NCBI GenBank assembly: GCA_038230695.1
Contig: JBBRMT010000001.1
Span: 132-64,131, forward strand
Length of the DNA: 64,000 nucleotides
Source: Chloroflexia bacterium
Lineage (GTDB): Bacteria; Chloroflexota; Chloroflexia; QHBQ01
Reading direction: 5' to 3'
Positions 45,960 to 54,865 of this stretch are shown here, one piece after another. The notes beneath the pieces were generated by a model. The model made no database searches, was not told the origin of the DNA, and was given only the letters and a program-made list of their open reading frames with translations. Position 1 is the stretch's first letter; each line of letters begins with the position of its first letter. A program made the position numbers and the translations under genes.

Positions 45960-47252
45960 ATGGAAAAGTTCGTCATCGAGGGCGGCCACCGCCTGCACGG
46001 CGAGATTACCCCCACTGGCAACAAGAACGCCGCCCTGCCGCTGCTAGCCGCCTGCTTGCTCACGGCTGATACAATTACCTATCATAACCTGCCCCAGATC
46101 AATGATGTACGGACCATGTTGGCGATCCTGCAGAGTATCGGTGTTACCGTGGACACCAGCCGCTGGGATGCGGATAAGAGCGTGCGGCTGACAGCGCAAC
46201 GGGTAGCCAGCAGCGAACTCGACTACGAACTGTGCCGCCGCATCCGTGCCAGCCTGCTGCTGATGGGGCCGATGCTGGCACGGGTGGGCGAGGTGCGGGT
46301 CGGCAAGCCGGGCGGCGATTATATTGGCCGCCGCCCGGTGGATACCCACTTCCTTGCTCTGGAGGCGCTCGGCGCAACGGCGGTGATTGACCGTAGCGCT
46401 TACAATCTAAAGACTAAGGGCTTGCGCGGGGCGGACATCTTTCTAAACGAGGCCAGCGTGACCGGCACCGAGAACGCGATTATGGGCGCGGCGCTGGCCG
46501 AGGGCAGCACGGTGATATGCAACGCGGCCTGCGAACCGCACGTGCAGGAGCTTTGCCTGTTCCTCAACGACCTGGGCGCAAACATAAGCGGCATTGGCAG
46601 CAATCAGCTTTACATCGAGGGGGTTGCCGCGCTACACGGTGGCGAACACACCATCGAGAGCGACAACATCGAGGTAGGCAGCTATATCGGGCTGGCGGCG
46701 GTAACTGGCAGCGAACTGCTAATCCGCAACGCCATGCCCAGGCATCTGCGTATGACCAGCCTGGTATTCCGCCGTCTGGGAGTGGAGTTGGAAGTGCGCG
46801 GTGAGGATGTGTTCGTCCCCGGCGGGCAGCAACTAAAGGTGCAGAACGATCTGCGCGGCGATATCCCTTACATTGACGATGCGCCCTGGCCCGGCTTCCC
46901 CGCCGACCTGATGAGCATCGCCCTGACGGTGGCAACCCAGGCCAGCGGCACGATTATTATGTTTGAGAAGATGTTCGACGGGCGGCTGTTCTTTGTGGAC
47001 AAGCTGAACGGCATGGGCGCACGCATCATCCTATGCGACCCCCATCGCGCCGTGGTCATCGGCCCATCACGGCTGCATGGCGAGGAGCTATCCAGCCCCG
47101 ACATCCGTGCTGGTATGGCGATCCTGCTTGCCGCGCTAACCGCCGAGGGCGAAAGCGTCATCCGCAACGTGCAGCAGATCGATCGCGGCTATGAGCGCAT
47201 CGAGGAGCGCCTGCAAGCGTTGGGCGCACGTATCGAGCGGGTGGCGGACTGA
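45960..47252 (+). CDS. murA: UDP-N-acetylglucosamine 1-carboxyvinyltransferase (MurA), natural Cys-to-Asp active-site variant
   Basis: MEKFVIEGGHRLHGEITPTGNKNAALPLLAACLL… The active-site loop reads KPGGDYIGRRPVD where E. coli has LPGGCAIGARPVD (Cys115). ATG at 45960 with GGGACAGGAG SD. Confidence 0.9.
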   Translation: MEKFVIEGGHRLHGEITPTGNKNAALPLLAACLLTADTITYHNLPQINDVRTMLAILQSIGVTVDTSRWDADKSVRLTAQRVASSELDYELCRRIRASLLLMGPMLARVGEVRVGKPGGDYIGRRPVDTHFLALEALGATAVIDRSAYNLKTKGLRGADIFLNEASVTGTENAIMGAALAEGSTVICNAACEPHVQELCLFLNDLGANISGIGSNQLYIEGVAALHGGEHTIESDNIEVGSYIGLAAVTGSELLIRNAMPRHLRMTSLVFRRLGVELEVRGEDVFVPGGQQLKVQNDLRGDIPYIDDAPWPGFPADLMSIALTVATQASGTIIMFEKMFDGRLFFVDKLNGMGARIILCDPHRAVVIGPSRLHGEELSSPDIRAGMAILLAALTAEGESVIRNVQQIDRGYERIEERLQALGARIERVAD

Positions 47253-47283
47253 TGGGGTGAGGCTTATACCTAATTGGATGCTG

Positions 47284-47586
47284 CTACACCATCCACAAGC
47301 CTGGAAAATAGGCAGCAGCCTTAGCAGCCACTCCCCGTTGTGCATCCTCCAGAGTAAGCGGTTCCAACCTGAAAGGCGCTGAAGCCCAAATTGCTTGTTC
47401 GGCCAAGGGATAATACTTGAGCTGGCCGCCCGAGCCTCCATACCATTCAAAGATTTTACCTTTATTATCTTCACCTACAAGACGGTTCGTTGTAGGGAAA
47501 CTCCATTTTAGGCTTTGCGGATCAGGAAGATTTAGAGCAAGTTGATGTAGCTGGTAAATGCCTTTCTTATTCCACGAAAGGACCAA
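47284..47586 (-). CDS. 100-codon ORF in frame with, and separated only by a TAA from, the upstream 156-codon ORF; likely the C-terminal part of a nonsense-interrupted restriction endonuclease
   Basis: TTG directly follows the TAA at 47587-47589 in the same frame. Low-GC island. Confidence 0.3.
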   Translation of the reverse strand: MVLSWNKKGIYQLHQLALNLPDPQSLKWSFPTTNRLVGEDNKGKIFEWYGGSGGQLKYYPLAEQAIWASAPFRLEPLTLEDAQRGVAAKAAAYFPGLWMV

Positions 47587-48057
47587 TTAGGAACTCTTAG
47601 CCAGATCTACTCTGCCGCCATTGCCAATGCTAACCTGCTGATGCCATCTAGCAATCAGTTCGACAAGTGCCATTCCTACTATTGCAGGATTATCTCTATA
47701 GGTAGCTTCAGTAAGAGCTTTGCCCCTGAGATGCTGCCAAAACTTTTTGTTGGAGTTGGATAGCTCTACAGTCAGCTTGCCAGTTCTATTTATATCATCA
47801 AGAGTTCTCCTCATCTTGCATGATATACCATAGAAAATGCCACTTCTTTCAGATATAGGCACAAGTACATCGAATATTGCCTTGCTCTCCTGTGCTGAAC
47901 CGCCAAAACCTATAGCCACTGCACGCTCAAAGTCACGCCAGCCAGGAGCGCTGCGACCATCTGGCAAAATTAGCATACCAGTCCCATCTTGAAATGTACT
48001 TAGCAACAAACGCAGTTTTTCTAGCTGGTTCGCGGTAGGAGTATCAGGTGTGGTCAT
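47587..48057 (-). CDS. putative restriction endonuclease (N-terminal 156 codons), translationally coupled to the upstream C-protein gene
   Basis: ATGA overlap with the C-protein stop. Classic C-R operon arrangement opposite a Dam-like methyltransferase. No confident PD-(D/E)xK assignment. Confidence 0.4.
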   Translation of the reverse strand: MTTPDTPTANQLEKLRLLLSTFQDGTGMLILPDGRSAPGWRDFERAVAIGFGGSAQESKAIFDVLVPISERSGIFYGISCKMRRTLDDINRTGKLTVELSNSNKKFWQHLRGKALTEATYRDNPAIVGMALVELIARWHQQVSIGNGGRVDLAKSS

Positions 48058-48296
48058 ATCTTCTCCTCATTGGTAGAGTAACCGTCCAAGTCAAGCTCAT
48101 CTTTCAATAGCTGATCGGTACTTACATCGAACAAACGGGACACCGATAGTACAAACTTAACTGTAGGGATCTTCTTACCAGCCTCTATCTCGCTGATGTA
48201 GCCATGCGCTCTGTGGCCCAAAGAAATGGCTAGCTGCTTAAGACTTAGCCCTCGCGCCACCCTAAGCTTATGCAACTTTTCACCAAACCTTTGCAT
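48054..48296 (-). CDS. R-M controller (C) protein, XRE-family HTH (80 aa)
   Basis: LHKLRVARGLSLKQLAISLGHRAHGYISEIEAGKKIPTVKFVLSVSRLF is an HTH_XRE fold. Size and position (overlapping the R gene start) are typical of C-proteins. Confidence 0.65.
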   Translation of the reverse strand: MQRFGEKLHKLRVARGLSLKQLAISLGHRAHGYISEIEAGKKIPTVKFVLSVSRLFDVSTDQLLKDELDLDGYSTNEEKI

Positions 48297-48320
48297 TATA
48301 CAAACTCCTGTGTTATGCTC

Positions 48321-48349
48321 TTGACAGTAGAGAATTATTATGTTACAAT
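48321..48349 (+). promoter_or_regulatory. sigma70-type promoter TTGACA-N17-TACAAT driving the methyltransferase gene, followed by the inverted repeat GTCTC-TGATA-GAGAC (48350-48364)
   Basis: Near-consensus hexamers with a 17-nt spacer seen directly. The inverted repeat lies between the -10 and the M-gene RBS and is a candidate C-protein/operator site. Confidence 0.55.
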
Positions 48350-48408
48350 GTCTCTGATAGAGACGTTATGAATGTAGTCTCCAAGTTTGGCGAAAGGACA
48401 TTCCAACC

Positions 48409-49290
48409 ATGGGCATCAGAGAAGCTCAGATCATTAGTGACTACCAGATGATCAACAGCCCAATCAAATGGGTTGGTGGTAAGTCCCGCCTGCGTAAGTT
48501 CATTGTCGAGCTGCTGCCAGAGCATAGCTGCTACGTGGAGCCGTTTGCAGGCGCAGCCTGGGTACTGTTCGGCAAGCCGCCTTCGCCGGTCGAAGTTCTA
48601 AACGATCGGGATGAGGATCTTACCACCTTCTTCCGGGTGGTCAAAGAGAAGCCAGAGGAATTGATCGCCTCCTTCGAGTGGGAACTAGTTGCCCGCGTTG
48701 AGTTTGAGCGATTGGCCTCACTTAACCCCAAGCAGCTCACCGATGTGCAACGCGCCCACCGTTTCTACTATCTGATCACGGCGGGCTGGGGCGGTGAATT
48801 GAATTACCCTCGCTTCCAAACCAGCATTAGCGATGGCGGCCACGGCAATCGGCTAATTGGTGCGCTTAAAACCCTGCGCCAGCGGCTGGAGCCAGTTCAT
48901 GAGCGGCTACGCACTGTGATCATCGAATGTCTTGACTGGCGCGATTGCATTGAGCGCTATGACCGGCCCGGCACAGCTATGTATCTTGACCCGCCCTATC
49001 CGGGCAACAAGTGTAACTACGCGCACAATATGCGCGAGTGGACCGATCATCTTGCGTTGGCAAGCCGTCTCGCCAATGCCAAGTGCCGCTGGATTCTCTC
49101 CTCATATGACATAGGGGAGGTGCGTGCCACATTCGGCAAATATGTAATCACGCCGGTGCAATCTTTCTCTGGTATGAGTACCGAAAAGAACGGCGGCACC
49201 AGGGTGCTGAACCAGGAAGTGCTTATTACTAACTTCGAGCCTTCCACTTCTACGCAGGAAGTCATTGCAGCGGATAAGCCTTGGTTCTAG
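48409..49290 (+). CDS. DNA adenine methyltransferase, Dam-like (D12 class, N6-adenine)
   Basis: Motifs KWVGGKSRL (K-W-x-G-G-K), VEPFAGAAWV (AdoMet-binding F-x-G-x-G) and DPPY (catalytic motif IV). Confidence 0.85.
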   Translation: MGIREAQIISDYQMINSPIKWVGGKSRLRKFIVELLPEHSCYVEPFAGAAWVLFGKPPSPVEVLNDRDEDLTTFFRVVKEKPEELIASFEWELVARVEFERLASLNPKQLTDVQRAHRFYYLITAGWGGELNYPRFQTSISDGGHGNRLIGALKTLRQRLEPVHERLRTVIIECLDWRDCIERYDRPGTAMYLDPPYPGNKCNYAHNMREWTDHLALASRLANAKCRWILSSYDIGEVRATFGKYVITPVQSFSGMSTEKNGGTRVLNQEVLITNFEPSTSTQEVIAADKPWF

Positions 49291-49559
49291 GCTCTTCATG
49301 CTATATCCCAGCTAAAGTTTGCCATGTGCAAGCCTTTATAGCCGCTCTATTTCATGCCGAAGAACTCACCCTAGACGCAGAGCTGTAAGTCTGTCTCGAC
49401 CAATCCGAAACCATCTTCGATACTTTTAATTATACCAAATCGTCGAGTAGGTGTGCGCTTACGAGTGAAGGCCGCCAATTTATACGCAACGCCCCAGCAA
49501 GGTTTGTGCGTAATCTCACTTGATCGCACTTCCGGCTGCAAAATAGAGCGAGTAAAGTA

Positions 49560-49589
49560 TTGACAGTTGCCCCTTTCGTATTGTATATT
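49560..49589 (+). promoter_or_regulatory. sigma70-type promoter TTGACA-N18-TATATT upstream of the ABC-3 permease gene
   Basis: Seen directly. AT-rich intergenic region. Confidence 0.5.
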
Positions 49590-49637
49590 CTAGGCAGGAC
49601 AGGCAGCACGACGGCTGCCAATAATTAAGACCCCATC

Positions 49638-49652
49638 TGATACACAGTATCA
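49638..49652 (+). promoter_or_regulatory. perfect palindrome TGATAC-ACA-GTATCA between the promoter and the start codon; candidate metalloregulator (Zur/Fur/MntR-like) operator
   Basis: 6-3-6 inverted repeat seen directly, ~30 nt upstream of the ATG at 49684. Confidence 0.4.
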
Positions 49653-49683
49653 ACAAGCAGGGGCCTGCAGCGAAGGGAGATCA

Positions 49684-50580
49684 ATGTTCGACCAACTAAG
49701 CCAATGTATGCAGCAGGGCGGTATCGGCTATTGCCTGACCAGTCCACTTAGCTACCCCTTTATGCGTTATGGCATGATCGAAGCGGCGCTGGTGGGGCTA
49801 ATCTGCGGGGTAATCGGATGCTACGTGGTGCTGCGTGGCCTCGCCTTTCTCGGCGATGCTTTCTCGCACGGTATTCTCCCCGGCGTTGTGATCGCCTATA
49901 TATTGGGCCAGAGCGTGTTTCTTGGCGGGTTGCTGGCCGCGATTATTATTGGCGCAATTATCGCCCTGCTGTCGCAGAATCAGCGTATCAGCGAGGACAC
50001 CTCGATTGGCATCATCTTCGCATGCGCATTCGCGCTCGGCATCGTGCTGCTAAGTAGCCAGCGCAACTACACCTCCAGCCTCACCACTATCCTAACTGGC
50101 GATGTGCTGGGGGTCAGTCCAAACGATATTGTTCTCACCATCATCGTGGGCGCGATTGTGGTGGGCGGCGTGGCGTTGCTATACAAGGAGTTCCTACTCA
50201 CTAGCTTCGACCGCGCCATGGCGGCGGCGATGGGCTTCAACATCGGCCTGCTCGACCTCGCGCTAATCGTGCTGATTGCACTCGCAGTGGTGGTCAGCCT
50301 GCAGGCGCTGGGCAACATACTGGTGCTGGCGATGCTGGTCACTCCTGCGGCTACTGCTCGCTTGCTCACCGATCGGCTGCCGAGGATGATGGTGATCGCC
50401 GGGGCGCTGGGTGCGCTCGAAGGTGTGGTCGGTCTATACACATTCTTTTACGTCAAGGTGGCGGCGGGCGGCTCGATTGTGCTGCTATCAACCATCGTTT
50501 TCATGCTGGTGCTGGCGCTGTCACCGAAGCACGGCGGGCTAGCATGGCTGCGCCAGCGTCGCGCCCGCGCTACCACTTGA
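49684..50580 (+). CDS. ABC-3 family metal (Mn/Zn) transporter permease, ZnuB/MntB-like
   Basis: MIEAALVGLICGVIGCYVVLRGLAFLGDAFSHGILPGVVIAY… is a typical ABC-3 permease N-terminus with 8-9 TM helices. No cognate ATPase or SBP gene is adjacent. Confidence 0.75.
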   Translation: MFDQLSQCMQQGGIGYCLTSPLSYPFMRYGMIEAALVGLICGVIGCYVVLRGLAFLGDAFSHGILPGVVIAYILGQSVFLGGLLAAIIIGAIIALLSQNQRISEDTSIGIIFACAFALGIVLLSSQRNYTSSLTTILTGDVLGVSPNDIVLTIIVGAIVVGGVALLYKEFLLTSFDRAMAAAMGFNIGLLDLALIVLIALAVVVSLQALGNILVLAMLVTPAATARLLTDRLPRMMVIAGALGALEGVVGLYTFFYVKVAAGGSIVLLSTIVFMLVLALSPKHGGLAWLRQRRARATT

Positions 50581-50669
50581 TATAATAGCCTCAGTTATCA
50601 GGTAGATATACTGGTTAATTTCCAACTCATCCGCTAGCCGAAGCCGTGAGGGTAAAGGCATCATTGGCA

Positions 50670-52433
50670 TCAGGGCGTTTGCTGGTAGGTTTTGCACGTA
50701 GCGGCAGAAGCGGTGAGGCGATAGATCTGAACCTGGGCATCGTTGTATAGCGGCTGCAGGAAAGCAGCCTGGGCCGCCATTGCCGCGCGGTGGCTTGCCA
50801 GCCAGCTTTGGTCAACCACCAGGGTGTTGACCCCCAATCCGCCGCCAAGTTCACACATCAAGCCAGGCTGGGGAAACTGGGTTGCCATCGTAAGTTGGAA
50901 GTCGGTGTAGCTGGGAGGGAAATAGCCAGAGTAGCCATTGACGATCGGCTTCTGGTGATCAATCTGCGCGAACATCCGCCAGCCTTCGATTTGATAGGCG
51001 GTGATGCCTATTCCATTGGGGAAGGGTATGTGCGCGACAATCGCGCTATCTGGCTGCGCCTTCAGCCACTGGGTCCAGGCGGACGCGGCGCTGGTGGGGA
51101 TGGGCAGGAGCGGCGCTGGCACATTCAGGTTCTCCGCTGTAGCAAGCAGGCCCAGCACGATAATCAAGGCTACGCCGCCACGCAACGGGCGCTGGCGCAG
51201 GCGAGTTAGCAGGTAGCCCAAGGCCAGCGCAGCCAGCGCAGCCAGCATCATCTGCATGATGATAGCAAAGCGGAAGGGACTACGCAATTCGTCGAAGCCG
51301 GGCAATATCCGCAGCGCCGAGAACGGCGGCCAGCCCAGGATGCTAAGGTTCAGGCCCATTGCCAGCAAGGCTGCGCCAACTGCCCCGATTGCCAGGTAGA
51401 GTATCCAGCGCCGCGCCGCCCGCTCTCGCCAGCCCAGTATCACCCCGACTATCGCCAGCCCCAACACGATGAAGCCGGGGAACAATCCGGCGGTATCGTC
51501 CAGGCTGGAAGGAGGGAATGGGATGGTAGCAGTGTTGGGGCGGGTGAGGAAATCGCCTCCCTGGGCCGATAGCGCCTGCACCACGAAATCCTGACGGGTG
51601 AGGCCCAACTGCTGATGCAGGCTATAGACTGGCAGAATGATGGGCAAGAGCAGAAGTCCAGCGACCAGGAAAGATCCAGTCAGATTGAGGATGGTGCGGC
51701 GGGCAAAACGTTGTTCGCTGAGGGCAACAATCGCGGCAGCCAGAGCAAAAGGAACGAATATCAGCGCGTACTGCTGGCAGGTGAGGTAAGCGACGATGAA
51801 GCCGAGGCCCGCCCATACTGCATCGCGCAATTTGCCGTTGCGCCCGAAGCGCACCAGTCCTTCCAGCGTCCACAGCATCCCAAATACGGGAGTAAGATTG
51901 AGTACGCCGAAGACTTTGGCAACGAACGGCAGACCCACCATCAGCACACCGCCGAGCAGCGCGGCAGTTCGACTAGCGTCCAGGGCGCGGGTCAGGCGGT
52001 AGGCAAAGATGCCGTTGAGGGTAAGCACCGCAAGCTCCGCAATATTGTTGACCAGCGCGGGGGTTGCCCCCACCGCCCACAGCGGCGCGACCATTAGCGA
52101 AGTGAACGGCTCCGGCTCGGAGTAGCTAAATACGCCCTGGTTGGGGTAAAAGAAGGGCGCATCCCAGTAACCAGCGAAGCCGTGCATCAGCCGATCCGCG
52201 TTCCACCATAGCGTCCAGATGGTGAGCAGCCCGACCATCGCCCCCTGCTCATTGCCGAGCAGGATGGCGCTGTCGAGATGCAGGGCTAGCGGCCAGGTGA
52301 CAATTAGCGCGGTCAAGAGGCAGGCCGCAACTACCACCAGCCCCCATAGGATGCGATCGCGCTGGCTGCGTTGCGCGGGTACTGTTACTTCAGGTGACAA
52401 TGCGCTTGGCGCAACCGCAGTCGTATCGCTCAT
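50670..52433 (-). CDS. large polytopic membrane protein, possibly a GT-C-fold glycosyltransferase-like protein
   Basis: Approximately 12 or more TM helices plus periplasmic loops. Family assignment is inference only. Confidence 0.4.
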   Translation of the reverse strand: MSDTTAVAPSALSPEVTVPAQRSQRDRILWGLVVVAACLLTALIVTWPLALHLDSAILLGNEQGAMVGLLTIWTLWWNADRLMHGFAGYWDAPFFYPNQGVFSYSEPEPFTSLMVAPLWAVGATPALVNNIAELAVLTLNGIFAYRLTRALDASRTAALLGGVLMVGLPFVAKVFGVLNLTPVFGMLWTLEGLVRFGRNGKLRDAVWAGLGFIVAYLTCQQYALIFVPFALAAAIVALSEQRFARRTILNLTGSFLVAGLLLLPIILPVYSLHQQLGLTRQDFVVQALSAQGGDFLTRPNTATIPFPPSSLDDTAGLFPGFIVLGLAIVGVILGWRERAARRWILYLAIGAVGAALLAMGLNLSILGWPPFSALRILPGFDELRSPFRFAIIMQMMLAALAALALGYLLTRLRQRPLRGGVALIIVLGLLATAENLNVPAPLLPIPTSAASAWTQWLKAQPDSAIVAHIPFPNGIGITAYQIEGWRMFAQIDHQKPIVNGYSGYFPPSYTDFQLTMATQFPQPGLMCELGGGLGVNTLVVDQSWLASHRAAMAAQAAFLQPLYNDAQVQIYRLTASAATCKTYQQTP

Positions 52434-52470
52434 CGGCCAATTATCCGCCTTTATCTAAGATTTAACCTGG

Positions 52471-52986
52471 TCAGGGTCGAATCATCGGGGTGCCAACTAC
52501 GGTTGCGCCAGTGGCAAACGGGTCGCCCAGGGCGGCTTTTAGCGCAGCCAGCGTGGGCGCGTCGGTGCCGGGGTAGATTACCAGGAGGCGGCCCGCCTTG
52601 TAGAAATGGGGCTGGGCTATCCACGAAATCATCATGGTGGGGATGGAGCCATCTGGCCCGATCTTACCTGCATCCACCGCCATTGCTGCCGCCGTGGCGT
52701 ATTCAAAGGTTTGCACGCTCTGCCCATTGACGTTCAGGCTCTGCCCGCTGACGCTGAGGAAGGGCTGCTGAATTGCGCCTTCGCTGCTTACCTTCGCCCC
52801 TCCTTGCTGCAAAGCAGCCATCAGGCTAGCGCGATCCTGAACTGTTGCCGCCGCGGGCGTTGCTGTTGCAGGTGCGGAGCCTGACCCACCGTATGCCCCC
52901 CCGCCACTGCTATCGCACCCGCTGAGAGCCAGTAGGAGTAGTACCGCGCCGATGATGCTCGGCCATAGTTTTTGCTGCTTAAACAT
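52471..52986 (-). CDS. hypothetical lipoprotein
   Basis: MFKQQKLWPSIIGAVLLLLALSGC lipobox. AGAAAGGACGGAAAA SD before the ATG at 52986. Confidence 0.5.
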   Translation of the reverse strand: MFKQQKLWPSIIGAVLLLLALSGCDSSGGGAYGGSGSAPATATPAAATVQDRASLMAALQQGGAKVSSEGAIQQPFLSVSGQSLNVNGQSVQTFEYATAAAMAVDAGKIGPDGSIPTMMISWIAQPHFYKAGRLLVIYPGTDAPTLAALKAALGDPFATGATVVGTPMIRP

Positions 52987-53166
52987 TTTTCCGTCCTTTC
53001 TACTATATGCAGTGTTTTGACTGCTATAGATAGAACGGTAATGCCCCATCCAAAGTTCCCGCCATATCATCCGGCATTGAATGCCACATGAAAACCCCAG
53101 GCGGTATAGTCAAGCCGATGCCGCCTGGGGTAGTTGTCGCTAATTCTTCGGATGCGGGTATGGTCA

Positions 53167-53814
53167 TCAGTTCGAGCCGCTCTTGGCTGCCAGCAGCGCA
53201 TCCTGTACGGTGTGTCCACTCATGCTCTTGGCAACATCGCTGCCCGATACGGGGCCGAGGGTGCCATCGGCGTTGATGTGGTAGCGGCCTTCGGGGCTAA
53301 CTGGGCGCAGCGTACCATCCGGCCCCGCCTCCATCAGCATGAAGTAACGCTCACCTACCTGGTAGGCAGGGTCATCGTCGAGCATCATCGCATTAACCTG
53401 TACGTCGGGTGGTGGCGCGGCGTTGGGGTCGCCTTTGCCTGAGCCAGCGGGCGGGCCAGCCGGGATATTGGAAGGGCCGCCGGTGTGGAAGACGGTGAGC
53501 TGCTGCCCGGCGCTAATTGCGCCCTTGTCGGCCTTCAGCACTTGAATGGTGATGTGCTGGGTGGGGATGGCAACCTTGCCAGTTGGTTCGGCCTGCACCG
53601 GAACAACAATGTCCGGGCCTTTGTTGATGGCTACGACCTGGGCCTCGACGATTACCTGAGCCTTGTTCACCACCTCGCCGAAACTCTTGGGCTGGAACGC
53701 CCATACCGCATGAGCGGTTCCGCTTGGCCCGGCAGTGTAGTAGATTGCGAACTGGACGACGAGCGCGATGGTCAGCGCGGCAACCCCAGCCCACATCAAC
53801 CGAAACTTGTTCAT
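53167..53814 (-). CDS. secreted hypothetical protein
   Basis: Signal peptide MNKFRLMWAGVAALTIALVVQFAIY. No domain recognised. Confidence 0.45.
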   Translation of the reverse strand: MNKFRLMWAGVAALTIALVVQFAIYYTAGPSGTAHAVWAFQPKSFGEVVNKAQVIVEAQVVAINKGPDIVVPVQAEPTGKVAIPTQHITIQVLKADKGAISAGQQLTVFHTGGPSNIPAGPPAGSGKGDPNAAPPPDVQVNAMMLDDDPAYQVGERYFMLMEAGPDGTLRPVSPEGRYHINADGTLGPVSGSDVAKSMSGHTVQDALLAAKSGSN

Positions 53815-53875
53815 CTGGGTCTCTCCTTTTGTCTAATCGTTACTGTTGACATCGCTAGCCGAACTGCGGTTTGGC

Positions 53876-54424
53876 CTAGTGATTTCGGTACCGATTGTAG
53901 AAGTCGCTGGCGTTGTGGGAGTTGATGGTGTTGCTGCTGCCGCCGAAGTAGCCGATGCCCATGCAGCCGCCGGTGTTGTCGTGATCGAAGCCGTAGGTGT
54001 GGAACACCTCCTGGCAATACACACCCTGGATGTACCAGTAGCTACCGCCATAGTAGGTGTTGTATTGGGCGTGGCCGTGGGTGATATGGTCATAGCACCA
54101 GCAGCCCCAGTCCCATTTAGAACTGACGATGGTAGCCAACCCTGCCCAGCCGGTATTACCGTAGTTGCCGTCGAAAACGGTGACATCGGTATGGCTGCCG
54201 ACCTTGTAGTTGTAGAGGATGCTGATGTTGTTCCACTTATCCTGACGAGCAGCCTCCGCCTCAGAGGTGGTGCTGCCGGATTGCGATTCCTGAATGGTGA
54301 TATTCGTACCACTCTTGTCCCAGTGCCAGCCACCCCAGTTATGGGCCGAGACCATGCCGATGTTGGCTGCCAGCAGCATGAGTAGCATAGCTAGCGGCAG
54401 TATCAGTTTGAGTTTCCGCATCAC
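53876..54424 (-). CDS. small secreted His/Trp/Tyr/Gly-rich protein whose predicted mature N-terminus is His1 (…GMVSA|HNWGGWHW…)
   Basis: Signal peptide with an AxA cleavage site directly preceding His. 4 Cys and many His and aromatic residues. Confidence 0.5.
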   Translation of the reverse strand: MMRKLKLILPLAMLLMLLAANIGMVSAHNWGGWHWDKSGTNITIQESQSGSTTSEAEAARQDKWNNISILYNYKVGSHTDVTVFDGNYGNTGWAGLATIVSSKWDWGCWCYDHITHGHAQYNTYYGGSYWYIQGVYCQEVFHTYGFDHDNTGGCMGIGYFGGSSNTINSHNASDFYNRYRNH

Positions 54425-54865
54425 TTCTAGCCTCCTTGCTTGTGCTTTACCTGTAGATAGCGGTTAAAACTTCGATTGGGGTTGAGTTGATTGCGCCCTA
54501 AGCTGAAGATTGACGGCGGGCCGTCGCCCCAGCAAAGAGGCAGCATGAGGTAAGGGTGGCGACCTCATTTCTGCGTTGGGTGTTCCACTTCCATATGACA
54601 TCGTGCTTCACCTCCTTCCCAATGGCATAGGGCAAAGGACAATTGGCGAATTGGCAATGACGCAGTGGTAAGGTGGTCGCAGCGGGGCTGAGTGGCTATC
54701 TATAATAGTTGGATTGTAAGGAGGGTAGGGTGTGGCTGTAGTGTTAAGCAGTAGCGCCGCCGGGTGGGCGGATTGGTGGAAATGGGGGTGGCGTTGTGAA
54801 GTGGCGAGAGCATATCACAACGTCGTAGCTTTGTCAATAGTTTTGCGGTAAAATTGCAAAAATGA

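Noticed and set aside
47284-48057. Considered the 156-aa and 100-aa ORF pair as a toxin-antitoxin module
   Set aside because: Their context argues for a restriction endonuclease: translationally coupled to an XRE C-protein and divergent from a Dam-like MTase. The two ORFs are in the same frame, separated by a single TAA.
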